Shown here one piece after another: positions 40,127 to 47,994 of a DNA stretch of 64,000 bases (its first letter is position 1; each line of letters starts with the position of its first letter). The stretch is from contig CAVYNN010000007.1 in the NCBI GenBank assembly GCA_963769855.1, positions 558 through 64,557 on the forward strand, read 5' to 3'. The translations under genes were made by a program, and so were the position numbers. Source of the DNA: an uncultured Actinomycetota bacterium. GTDB taxonomy: Bacteria > Actinomycetota > Actinomycetes > Actinomycetales > Cellulomonadaceae. Below the pieces are notes generated by a model. The model was not told the origin of the DNA, ran no database searches, and was given only the letters and a program-made list of their open reading frames with translations.

Positions 40127-41914
40127 GTGAGTGCGCAGCCGAACGGCTTCCAGGACAAGGTCGCGTTCATCTGGAAAGTCGCGGACACGCTGCGTGGGCA
40201 CTTCAAGCAGCACGAGTACGGCTCGGTGATGCTGCCGCTGCTCGTCCTGCGCCGGATGGACGCCGTGCTCACCCCGACGCGGGAGAAGGTCCGTCAGGTC
40301 GCCGCGTCGTTCGGCGCCAAGCAGCGCGGCCCGGGCGAAGAGCTGCTGCTGCGGAGCACCGCCGGCGTGCCGTTCTACAACCTGTCGCCGCTGGACTTCC
40401 GCGGCATCCTCGCGGACCCGAACAACGTCGCCGAGAACCTCTGGGCGTACGTCAACGGCCTGTCGCCCGAGGCGTTCGAGATCATCGACCGCTACGACTT
40501 CGCCCCGAAGGTCACCCGGATGCAGGCCGGCGGCATCCTCTACCAGGTCCTGTCCGATTTCGCCGACCTCAAGATCGACCCCGGCTCGGTGCCCAACGAG
40601 ACGATGGGCCTGATCTTCGAGGAGCTGCTGCGCAAGTTCTCGGAGATGAGCAACGAGACCGCCGGCGAGCACTACACGCCGCGCGAGGTGGTCCGACTCG
40701 TCGTCGACCTGCTGCTCTCGGGCGAGGCGGCCGACGAGATCGAGGGCAAGACGAAGCCGGTCCGCACGGTGTTCGACCCGGCGGCCGGCAGCGGCGGCAT
40801 GCTCTCGGCCGCGATCGACCGGATCACCGAGCTCAACGCGACCGCGATCGTGCAGGTTTACGGCCAGGAGCTCAACCCCGAGACGTGGGCGATCGCGCGG
40901 TCGGACCTGTTCTTCAAGGGCGTCGACCAGCGCAGCGAGGTCGTCCTCGGCAACTCGCTGACGCAGGACGCGTTTCCGGGCCAGAAGTTCGACTACATGC
41001 TCGCCAACCCGCCCTACGGCGTGGACTGGAAGTCCTACGCCAAACCCATCCAGGCGGAGGCGGCCAACGAGGGCTTTGCCGGTCGGTTCGGCGCCGGGCT
41101 GCCACGTGTCAGCGACGGCAGCCTGCTGTTCCTCCAGCACATGCTCAGCAAGATGAAGTCCGGCTCCCGGATCGGGATCGTGCTGAGCGGGTCGCCGCTG
41201 TTCTCCGGCGGCGCCGGTTCCGGGGAGTCGGAGATCCGGCGCTGGATCCTCGAGAGCGACTGGCTCGAAGGCATCGTCGCGCTGCCGGACCAGATGTTCT
41301 ACAACACCGGCATCTCGACGTACGTGTGGGTGCTGACCAACGCCAAGCCCGCGCACCGGGCCGGGAAGGTCGCGCTCGTCGACGGCCGCGAGCTATTCGC
41401 CAAGATGCGCAAATCGCTCGGGGACAAGCGCAAGTACCTGCCCGACGAGGCGATCGCGACGATTGTCGAGCTCTACCAGGACCTGCCCGACGACCCCCGG
41501 GTCAAGGTGGTGCCCAACGAGGCCTTCGGCTTCCAGCGGGTGACGGTGGAACGGCCGCAACGTTCTGGGGACGACGAGGATGCGCCCGTCGTGATGGTGA
41601 AGGGCAAGCCGGTCGCAGACGCCTCGCTGAGGGACTCCGAGAACATCCCGCTGCCCGCCGGGTATCTGGAGATGTCCGACGAGCAGAAGACGAAGGCACT
41701 CGTCGAGCAGGCCGAGGAGCACCTGCGGACCGAGATCCACCCGTATGTGCCGGACGCCTGGCTCGACCACGCCAAGACGAAGGTCGGCTACGAGATCCCG
41801 TTCACGCGGCAGTTCTACGTGTACACGGCCCCGCGGCCGGTCGAGGAGATCGCTGGAGAGATCCGTGGGCTCGAAGTCCAGATCCAGGAGTGGATGAAGG
41901 GGCTCGGGTTGTGA
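40127..41914 (+). CDS. hsdM: Type I restriction-modification system, N6-adenine methyltransferase subunit
   Basis: HsdM_N-like start FQDKVAFIWKVADTLRG, SAM motif VFDPAAGSGGML, catalytic MLANPPYG. Confidence 0.9.
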   Translation: MSAQPNGFQDKVAFIWKVADTLRGHFKQHEYGSVMLPLLVLRRMDAVLTPTREKVRQVAASFGAKQRGPGEELLLRSTAGVPFYNLSPLDFRGILADPNNVAENLWAYVNGLSPEAFEIIDRYDFAPKVTRMQAGGILYQVLSDFADLKIDPGSVPNETMGLIFEELLRKFSEMSNETAGEHYTPREVVRLVVDLLLSGEAADEIEGKTKPVRTVFDPAAGSGGMLSAAIDRITELNATAIVQVYGQELNPETWAIARSDLFFKGVDQRSEVVLGNSLTQDAFPGQKFDYMLANPPYGVDWKSYAKPIQAEAANEGFAGRFGAGLPRVSDGSLLFLQHMLSKMKSGSRIGIVLSGSPLFSGGAGSGESEIRRWILESDWLEGIVALPDQMFYNTGISTYVWVLTNAKPAHRAGKVALVDGRELFAKMRKSLGDKRKYLPDEAIATIVELYQDLPDDPRVKVVPNEAFGFQRVTVERPQRSGDDEDAPVVMVKGKPVADASLRDSENIPLPAGYLEMSDEQKTKALVEQAEEHLRTEIHPYVPDAWLDHAKTKVGYEIPFTRQFYVYTAPRPVEEIAGEIRGLEVQIQEWMKGLGL

Positions 41915-43137
41915 GGCTCAAGCACGTTTGCGTCGATAACGGGCAGTACGGACTGCTTGTGTCGCCCGACGCGTACCGCGATTCAGGCGTTCGTCTCATC
42001 CGGATAGGCGATCTCGCAGCGGGGAACCTCGCTGACGAGGGGATCTACGTCGAGGGCCCCGTCGCTGAACGCCATCGTCTCGCAGAGGGCGACCTGCTCT
42101 TGTCCCGGTCGGGCACGGTGGGAAGGGCGTACTCGGTGCCAAGTGCTGCGAGTGGCTCAACTTTTGCCGGCTTCCTCATTCGCTTCCGGCCTCGTGATGC
42201 TCGATCGTGCAGGTTTCTCGCATACGCCACGCAGTCTCGCCATTTCCAGGACCAAGTGGCTGCCGGCTCGGTGACCAGCACGATCGACAACTTCAATGCC
42301 GACAGATACGCCAACATCGAGATTCCCTTTCCTGACCTGGACGAGCAGCGGCGGATCGCGGACTTCCTCGACGACCAGGTCTCCCGCATCGACAACGTCA
42401 TCGCCGCCCGTCAGCGGCAAGTGGCTCTGACCGAGTCGATCGGCCGCTCATCGCTGCAATGGGATCTCGACGTGCTAGGCGTCCGATACGGCTGGGTACG
42501 ACTGCGCCACGCTATTCGCGGCATGGAGCAAGGGTGGTCGCCGCAGGCAGACGCCTACCCAGCTCCCGAGGATTCCTGGGGCGTCATGCGCGCTGGTTGT
42601 GTCAACGGCGGCCATTTCGACGCCGAGGACAACAAGGTTCTGCCGGACGGCATCGATCCGCGCACGGAGTACGAGGTCCGGCCCGGAGACCTTCTGATGT
42701 CGAGGGCGAGTGGTTCGATCGAGCTGATCGGGAGCGTGGCAGTCGTGCCGAGTGATGTGCGGCCGCGCCTGTTGCTCTGCGACAAGCTCTATCGGATCGA
42801 CGTTCGCCCTAGGTGGGACCGTGAGTTCGTGGCATTTGCGCTGCGAGGTCAGCACAATCGCGAGCGCATCCGGCTCGGGGTGAGCGGGGCCGAAGGAATG
42901 GCGAACAACCTGCCATCCGGCGTGATCCGCGACTTGCTCTTACCCAACGCACCGCGACCCGTCCAGTCCGGGGCTGCGCGGCGTTTTGCGGAACTGAACG
43001 CCGACTCCCAGCACGGGCGCGATGCCCTCGCACGCTTCATCGACCTGCTGGCGGAGTACAAGCAGTCACTCATCACCGCCGCCGTCACGGGCGAGCTCGA
43101 CGTGACAACGGTGTCCGCTCTCGCGCTGCCGGCCTGA
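41911..43137 (+). CDS. hsdS: Type I R-M specificity subunit
   Basis: GTG overlaps the hsdM stop (GTGA). Two variable TRDs are separated by LDEQRRIADFLDDQVSRIDNVIAARQRQ and close with LLAEYKQSLITAAVTGELDV. Confidence 0.85.
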   Translation: MRLKHVCVDNGQYGLLVSPDAYRDSGVRLIRIGDLAAGNLADEGIYVEGPVAERHRLAEGDLLLSRSGTVGRAYSVPSAASGSTFAGFLIRFRPRDARSCRFLAYATQSRHFQDQVAAGSVTSTIDNFNADRYANIEIPFPDLDEQRRIADFLDDQVSRIDNVIAARQRQVALTESIGRSSLQWDLDVLGVRYGWVRLRHAIRGMEQGWSPQADAYPAPEDSWGVMRAGCVNGGHFDAEDNKVLPDGIDPRTEYEVRPGDLLMSRASGSIELIGSVAVVPSDVRPRLLLCDKLYRIDVRPRWDREFVAFALRGQHNRERIRLGVSGAEGMANNLPSGVIRDLLLPNAPRPVQSGAARRFAELNADSQHGRDALARFIDLLAEYKQSLITAAVTGELDVTTVSALALPA

Positions 43138-43214
43138 CCCGACCTTGCTGCTCGCGTGCTCTGGGGCCGTGTCAGTGCCGGGGAGCACGATCTCCCACAA
43201 GAGGAGGTGAGGAG

Positions 43215-43442
43215 ATGGCTGACTACGACGTCTACAAGGACGGCGAGGAGTGGAAGGCCAAGCGATCCGACGCTGGCCGAGCGGCATCGACGCACTCGAC
43301 GCAGGCCGACGCGATCGACGCGGCACGCGGCTACACCACGCGGTCTGGTGGTGGCGAGCTGAGCATCCATGCAGTCGACGGGCACATCCGCGCCAAGGAC
43401 ACGATCCCGCCGGGGAACGACCCGGTCCCGCCCGCAGGCTAG
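43215..43442 (+). CDS. DUF2188-like small protein
   Basis: 75 aa, with a strong RBS AGGAGGTGAGGAG upstream. YDVYKDGEEWKAKR...STQADAIDAARGY resembles DUF2188 from memory. Confidence 0.6.
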   Translation: MADYDVYKDGEEWKAKRSDAGRAASTHSTQADAIDAARGYTTRSGGGELSIHAVDGHIRAKDTIPPGNDPVPPAG

Positions 43443-43461
43443 ATCCGGAGACCGATACCTG

Positions 43462-43500
43462 ACGTGCCGCCGTAGGCCTCCACGAGCTACGGCGGCACGT
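43462..43500 (+). terminator. 14-bp perfect stem-loop after the DUF2188 gene
   Basis: ACGTGCCGCCGTAG-(11 nt)-CTACGGCGGCACGT. No clear U-tract follows. Confidence 0.4.
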
Positions 43501-43571
43501 TCACGCTGCAAGGCGAACGACACGCTGGGTGGGTGTCGGCGCGGGCCAGGGAGGGCGGTATATTTACTGGC

Positions 43572-44192
43572 ATGTTTTCACCACGAGAGTCGGACGACGT
43601 CCTCGGCGAACTCGGCGACAAGTTTCCGCTCGCGCTGGTCAGGGCCACGGAACGCGCCCGCGACGACCTGCGGGCGCTTCGCGCGTGGCAGCCGCGTTGG
43701 GTTGCCACGATGTTCCAGCGCGAAGTGGCGGGCATCGTCCATGCGCGGATTTGGGACTACGTGACGTCGGACCTCGACGGGGTGGACGGCATTAGCCTCC
43801 GCACCAGTGAGCCGTACCGCGAGGTGCGGATCAGCACTCCGCTCGGCCGCACGTTTCGCGTCCGGGTGAAGAGGCACTCGGAGAGCGATCGGATCAGCTC
43901 GTACCCGACGCCGTCCGACCTGGAGTTCTGGGCGGGCGCCGAGCCAACGTTCGAGGGCCTTGAGGACATCCCCTTGGCGGCTGGCTATCGCTGGGAGGCG
44001 GAGACCGGCGACGTCGGGGCCCCCGTCATCTCGTATCGCGAGGGCAAGCACAATGTCATCTGGGCGGTCGAGGTCGACGGCGGGGTGGCGAGCGGCACGA
44101 CGCCGATCCGCTACACGCCGATCCCGACGCCGGAACTGCCGACGATCGACCTTGCGCGCGGCACCCGCGAGGAGGAGCGCGACGCACGATGA
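43572..44192 (+). CDS. Hypothetical protein with no recognisable domain; candidate toxin/effector partner of the downstream XRE-M78 fusion
   Basis: 206 aa from ATG 43572. TATATT (43559-43564) ends 7 nt upstream, which would fit a leaderless mRNA. The stop overlaps the next start (ATGA at 44189-44192). The ORF track start at 43533 is an alternative. Confidence 0.55.
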   Translation: MFSPRESDDVLGELGDKFPLALVRATERARDDLRALRAWQPRWVATMFQREVAGIVHARIWDYVTSDLDGVDGISLRTSEPYREVRISTPLGRTFRVRVKRHSESDRISSYPTPSDLEFWAGAEPTFEGLEDIPLAAGYRWEAETGDVGAPVISYREGKHNVIWAVEVDGGVASGTTPIRYTPIPTPELPTIDLARGTREEERDAR

Positions 44193-45244
44193 GTGGGATC
44201 GGTGAGGTCCTCGAGACCGCACGCCGGGCCCGGGGGTTGACGCAGGAAGAGCTGGCGGGCGTCGCTGAAGTGACGCAGGCGGCACTGTCCCGCTACGAGC
44301 ACGACCTGCGGACGCCCGAGCCGGAGGTCCTGACGAGGATTGCCGCGGCCCTCGGCGTGACACCCGACCTGCTGACTCGTGGTGGGCGCATGGAGGGCGG
44401 CATCGCCGTCGGTGCGCACATGCGCCGACGGGCCACTGCGAAGGCGACGGTGTGGCGAGAGCTGGAGGCCAGGCTTAACATGCTCCGGCTCCACACGGCG
44501 CGCTTGATGGACGACGTGAACATGCACACAGACCGGCAGGTCCCGACGTTCGACCCTTCGGACGTCTCGCCCTCGGCCGCAGCCCGGATGCTCCGGATCC
44601 AGTGGCGTATCCCGGTGGGGCCGATCCACTCCCTCGCGGCGTGGCTCGATGCGGCTGGCGTACTCGTCGTCGAGCAGGACTTCGGACCGGCGGCGCGTGT
44701 CGACGGACTCTCTCAGTGGTCGGGGGCGTATCCGATCGTCTTGGTCAACAGCGCGGCGCCGCCGGACCGCAAGCGACTGACGCTCGCCCACGAGCTCGGC
44801 CATCTGGTGTTGCACACGTCGTACGTCGATGAGCACGTCGAGGACCAGGCCAACGAGTTCGCCGCCGAGTTGCTCATGCCGGCCGACGAGATCCGGCCCA
44901 TGTTGCGTCAACGGCTCACCCTGACCCGGCTTGTCGACCTCAAGCGCTACTGGGGGGTTTCGATCCAGGCGATTGTCGAGCGCGCCTACCGGCTCGGCCT
45001 CCTGGCGGCCGCTCAGCGCATGTCGCTGTACAAGCAGCTCAGCGCAAGGGGGATGCGCACCCACGAGCCCGCCAGCGACGAGCTCACTCCCGAGGTGCCG
45101 CGGCTCGCGCGCCACATAGCCGAAACTCTGCGCGACCGCGGGCTGACGGCGGGCGAAATCGCGCTACTTGCGGGCTACGACTCGCCGGAGGACAACACCC
45201 TCTTCCCCATAGGCGCCTCCGCGTCCGGATTGCACGCGGTCTGA
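44189..45244 (+). CDS. XRE-family HTH fused to an ImmA/IrrE (M78, COG2856) zinc metallopeptidase
   Basis: HTH LTQEELAGVAEVTQAALSRYEHDLRTPEPEVLTRIAAALGV. HExxH as LAHELGHLVLH, followed by EDQANEFAAELLMP. Confidence 0.85.
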   Translation: MSGIGEVLETARRARGLTQEELAGVAEVTQAALSRYEHDLRTPEPEVLTRIAAALGVTPDLLTRGGRMEGGIAVGAHMRRRATAKATVWRELEARLNMLRLHTARLMDDVNMHTDRQVPTFDPSDVSPSAAARMLRIQWRIPVGPIHSLAAWLDAAGVLVVEQDFGPAARVDGLSQWSGAYPIVLVNSAAPPDRKRLTLAHELGHLVLHTSYVDEHVEDQANEFAAELLMPADEIRPMLRQRLTLTRLVDLKRYWGVSIQAIVERAYRLGLLAAAQRMSLYKQLSARGMRTHEPASDELTPEVPRLARHIAETLRDRGLTAGEIALLAGYDSPEDNTLFPIGASASGLHAV

Positions 45245-45526
45245 CGATCCTTGCCCGACACCTCCTAGGAGGGGGCGGCTGGACCAGGCGGCGCATCCAC
45301 TGGCAGCCGCCGTCACAACCGCCGTCGACCAGCTCGCCGCGGCGGTCGGGGTCTCGCCGGGCAGCCTCGACGGGTTCGTCGGACCGGAGGCGACCTGGGG
45401 TGCTGCTGACCGTCAGCGACCGCCGTTCGCTCGTCGGGCGCGGAAGGTCCCTCAATCCGAGGCTCGCAGGTGCCGAGAGATCGGTACCCGCCGGTGGTCG
45501 TCGGGCATCGAGCGAAGGGGCTCGCC

Positions 45527-45901
45527 GTGATCGACTTCCAGAACGCCTCGTACATCAAGCTCTCGCCGTGGGACCCTGCCGACGCAATCAAGGCCCTCGA
45601 CGGCATCCTCATCGCGGGCGAGCAGGTGCACTTGGCGTTCAAGGGCATCCGCGACTCGGTCACCTTCACCGACAAGCGGATCGTTGCGCTCAACGTGCAG
45701 GGCATGACCGGCAAGAAGAAGGACTTCACCTCGCTGCCCTACGCGCACATCCAGGCCTTCTCGGTGGAGACTGCCGGCACGTTCGACCTCGATTCCGAGC
45801 TCGAGCTGTGGTTCTCCGGGCTGGGCAAGGTCAAGCTGGAGTTCGCCGGGCGCGTCGACATCCGGTCGCTCAGCTACCTCATCGCCGACAAGGTGCTCTG
45901 A
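45527..45901 (+). CDS. Bacterial PH-domain (YokE-like) protein
   Basis: A GTG 7 nt after AGGGG gives 124 aa: IDFQNASYIKL...GEQVHLAFKGIRDSVTFTDKRIVALNVQGMTGKKKDFTSLPY..I.AFSVETAG. The ORF track start at 45470 is an alternative. Confidence 0.6.
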   Translation: MIDFQNASYIKLSPWDPADAIKALDGILIAGEQVHLAFKGIRDSVTFTDKRIVALNVQGMTGKKKDFTSLPYAHIQAFSVETAGTFDLDSELELWFSGLGKVKLEFAGRVDIRSLSYLIADKVL

Positions 45902-45936
45902 CTCCACCAGTCTCGCTCAGGGCGAACACAATTCGC

Positions 45937-45952
45937 TCGAACAGGTGTTCGA
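45937..45952. promoter_or_regulatory. LexA (SOS) box, actinobacterial type
   Basis: TCGAACAGGTGTTCGA matches TCGAAC-N4-GTTCGA at all 12 defined positions. It lies 81 nt upstream of the DUF222/HNH start. Confidence 0.7.
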
Positions 45953-46032
45953 TCCGGTGTCGGATTCGGGTAGCATTGTCGCAGTTCAGGCACCATATCC
46001 GAGGTGCCGCTCGGCAGTGTGAGGGGGCGACC

Positions 46033-47445
46033 GTGGAACGCAGCACGCACCCGTTGGCGGGCGCTCTCACAGCCGCCGTGAACGGCGTGGTCCGGGCCGT
46101 GCAGGCCTCGTCAACCGGGCTGGGCGGGCTGTCGCAGGACGAGGCGCTCGAGCTGCTGCTGACCCTGGTCGCGCAGTCCGGCCGGTTGACCGTCGCCGCT
46201 GCCCGGCTGTCGACGACGGTGGACGACGACGGGATGTGGGCCACGGACGGCGCACGCTCGTTCGCGCACTGGCTGGCGGCCCGCACGGGCATGTCCTTCG
46301 CGAAGGCCCGGGAAACCGTGGCCACCGGCCGCGCGCTGCGCGACCACCTGCCGGCCACCGCTGTCGCGGGCTTGGCCGGGGAGGTTGCCGTGGAGCAGGT
46401 GGCGACGTTGGCGAAGCTGGCGCCGACCAGTAAGGCTCGCCAGACGGTGCTGGCGGCTCCGGCCGAGGAGTGCGGTGAGGAGTTCCTGCTGGCCGAGGCC
46501 CGCGTGCAGCCGGCCGACTCCTTCCGGCGGCTGGTCCGCCGCTGGGCGGCCGCTGCCGACCCGCAGGCCGACGAGCGCGGCTACCGCGAGGCGTGCGAGC
46601 GGGAGTTCGTCGCGGTGGCCCCTACCTTGGACGGTTGGCACCTGGCAGGGTTCCTGACCACGGAGCACGGTGCCCTGTTCGCTGCCGCTCTGGACGGCGT
46701 GATGACCCCGCCGGCCTCCGACGATCCGCGCAGCTACCAGCAGCGCCGCGCCCAGGCGGTAGCCGACGCGTCTCGCCTCCTCCTCGAGAACGGCCTGGTC
46801 GGCACCGGCTCGGCCGTGCGCCCGCACCTGTCGGTCGTGGTCGACTTCGACACCCTGCGCCGCGCCGTGCTGGACGGCCGCGAAGCCGCCGAGAGCGACC
46901 GCGGGACCGTCGAGAACGACCACAGGGCCGATGAGGACGACCGCACGAGCGATGAGACCGGGACAAGCTTCCGCCGGGTGACCGACCAGGCCAGGTCCGG
47001 GTGCCTGTTCCGGCTCGCCCCGGTGGCCGATGTGGAACGCTTCGCAGTCGCCGAGGTCCTGGGCGCCGGGCCGATCCCTTCCTCGGTGCTAGCCCGACTG
47101 GCCTGCGACAGCGAGATCAGCCGGGTCGTGTTCGGCCCGGACTCCCAGGTGATCAACGCCGGCCGCGCCGAACGCACCTTCTCCGGCCCACGACGCAAAG
47201 CCGTCATCGCCCGCGACGGGCACTGTCGCTACCCCGGGTGCACCGCACCACCGGCGCTCGGGGAGATCCACCACGTCGAGCAATGGGCTAGAGACCACGG
47301 CGATACCGACATCAACCTCGGCATTCTCCTGTGCTGGCACCACCATGACCTGGTCCATCGGCTGCACATCGAGATCCGTCGATCTCCCACCGGCGGGTGG
47401 CTGTTCCTCACCCGACACGGCGACCCCGTTGCAGCCGCGGTCTGA
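46033..47445 (+). CDS. DUF222 / HNH endonuclease (REP13E12-like)
   Basis: GTG after GAGGGGG. The N-terminus is DUF222-like (GLSQDEALELL...WATDGARSFAHWLAARTGMS). C-terminal HNH block CRYPGC...EIHHVEQWARDHGDTDINLGILLCWHHHDLVH. Confidence 0.8.
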   Translation: MERSTHPLAGALTAAVNGVVRAVQASSTGLGGLSQDEALELLLTLVAQSGRLTVAAARLSTTVDDDGMWATDGARSFAHWLAARTGMSFAKARETVATGRALRDHLPATAVAGLAGEVAVEQVATLAKLAPTSKARQTVLAAPAEECGEEFLLAEARVQPADSFRRLVRRWAAAADPQADERGYREACEREFVAVAPTLDGWHLAGFLTTEHGALFAAALDGVMTPPASDDPRSYQQRRAQAVADASRLLLENGLVGTGSAVRPHLSVVVDFDTLRRAVLDGREAAESDRGTVENDHRADEDDRTSDETGTSFRRVTDQARSGCLFRLAPVADVERFAVAEVLGAGPIPSSVLARLACDSEISRVVFGPDSQVINAGRAERTFSGPRRKAVIARDGHCRYPGCTAPPALGEIHHVEQWARDHGDTDINLGILLCWHHHDLVHRLHIEIRRSPTGGWLFLTRHGDPVAAAV

Positions 47446-47502
47446 CGCTGGCTTACTGCGCGCGCGCATGTCGTCGGTCAGGTGTCGAGGCGCCCCAACG
47501 CC

Positions 47503-47994
47503 CTACGGGCGCAGGACGAGCGCGGCATTCGTAGCGCGCAGCGCAGCGAAGGTGTCTGCGTAGGGCACGCCGATCGCGAGGCACGCATCGGGGATAAGGA
47601 TGCGCCTGTGTGAGCCCGGTGCCGGCCGCTCGTGCGTCACAACGGTATCGCCGTGCGCCTTGGCATACGCGACGAGGTAATAGTCCGCGGTGTTGCCCAG
47701 GAACTCTGAGATCGCGGCGGCCGTGTAGCTCTGCGAGTTAGCCCACTGTGTGAGCACGGGGAACTCGCGGATGGTCGCAGCGTCGACGGGGCGGAAGAAC
47801 GGCCCATGAGCCGCTGCCCACGCGGCCAAGGGATCGTCGCCGGCGACGAGCTCGTCGCGGACCGGCTCGATGCTGCACACCGACCCGGTGCTGTGGCCGA
47901 GACCGAGCCAGTCCCAGAAGCCCGGCGCGATGTCGAACCCGTAGTAGCGGTTCTTCGCCTCGATGAAGACGTTGGAGTCGAGCACGTACATCAC
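47503..47994 (-). CDS. DUF4411 (PIN-like) protein
   Basis: MMYVLDSNVFIEAKNRYYGFDIAPGFWDWL. The start overlaps the stop of the upstream peptidase gene by 4 nt. Confidence 0.7.
   Translation of the reverse strand: MMYVLDSNVFIEAKNRYYGFDIAPGFWDWLGLGHSTGSVCSIEPVRDELVAGDDPLAAWAAAHGPFFRPVDAATIREFPVLTQWANSQSYTAAAISEFLGNTADYYLVAYAKAHGDTVVTHERPAPGSHRRILIPDACLAIGVPYADTFAALRATNAALVLRP

Noticed and set aside
39919-43137. 1072-aa ORF spanning hsdM and hsdS.
   Set aside because: Only the part from GTG 41911 reads as HsdS. The upstream two-thirds is an out-of-frame read through hsdM with Arg-rich nonsense text.
44111-45115. 334-aa minus-strand ORF opposite the XRE-M78 gene, considered as a possible antisense partner.
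   Set aside because: Its text is low-complexity and Arg-rich, it has no start context, and it is fully overlapped by a gene with HTH and HExxH motifs.
45922-45937. Second SOS box GCGAACACAATTCGCT immediately upstream of the perfect one.
   Set aside because: The right half (TTCGCT) does not align with GTTCGA at N4 spacing. It is kept only as a degenerate half-site, not as a feature.
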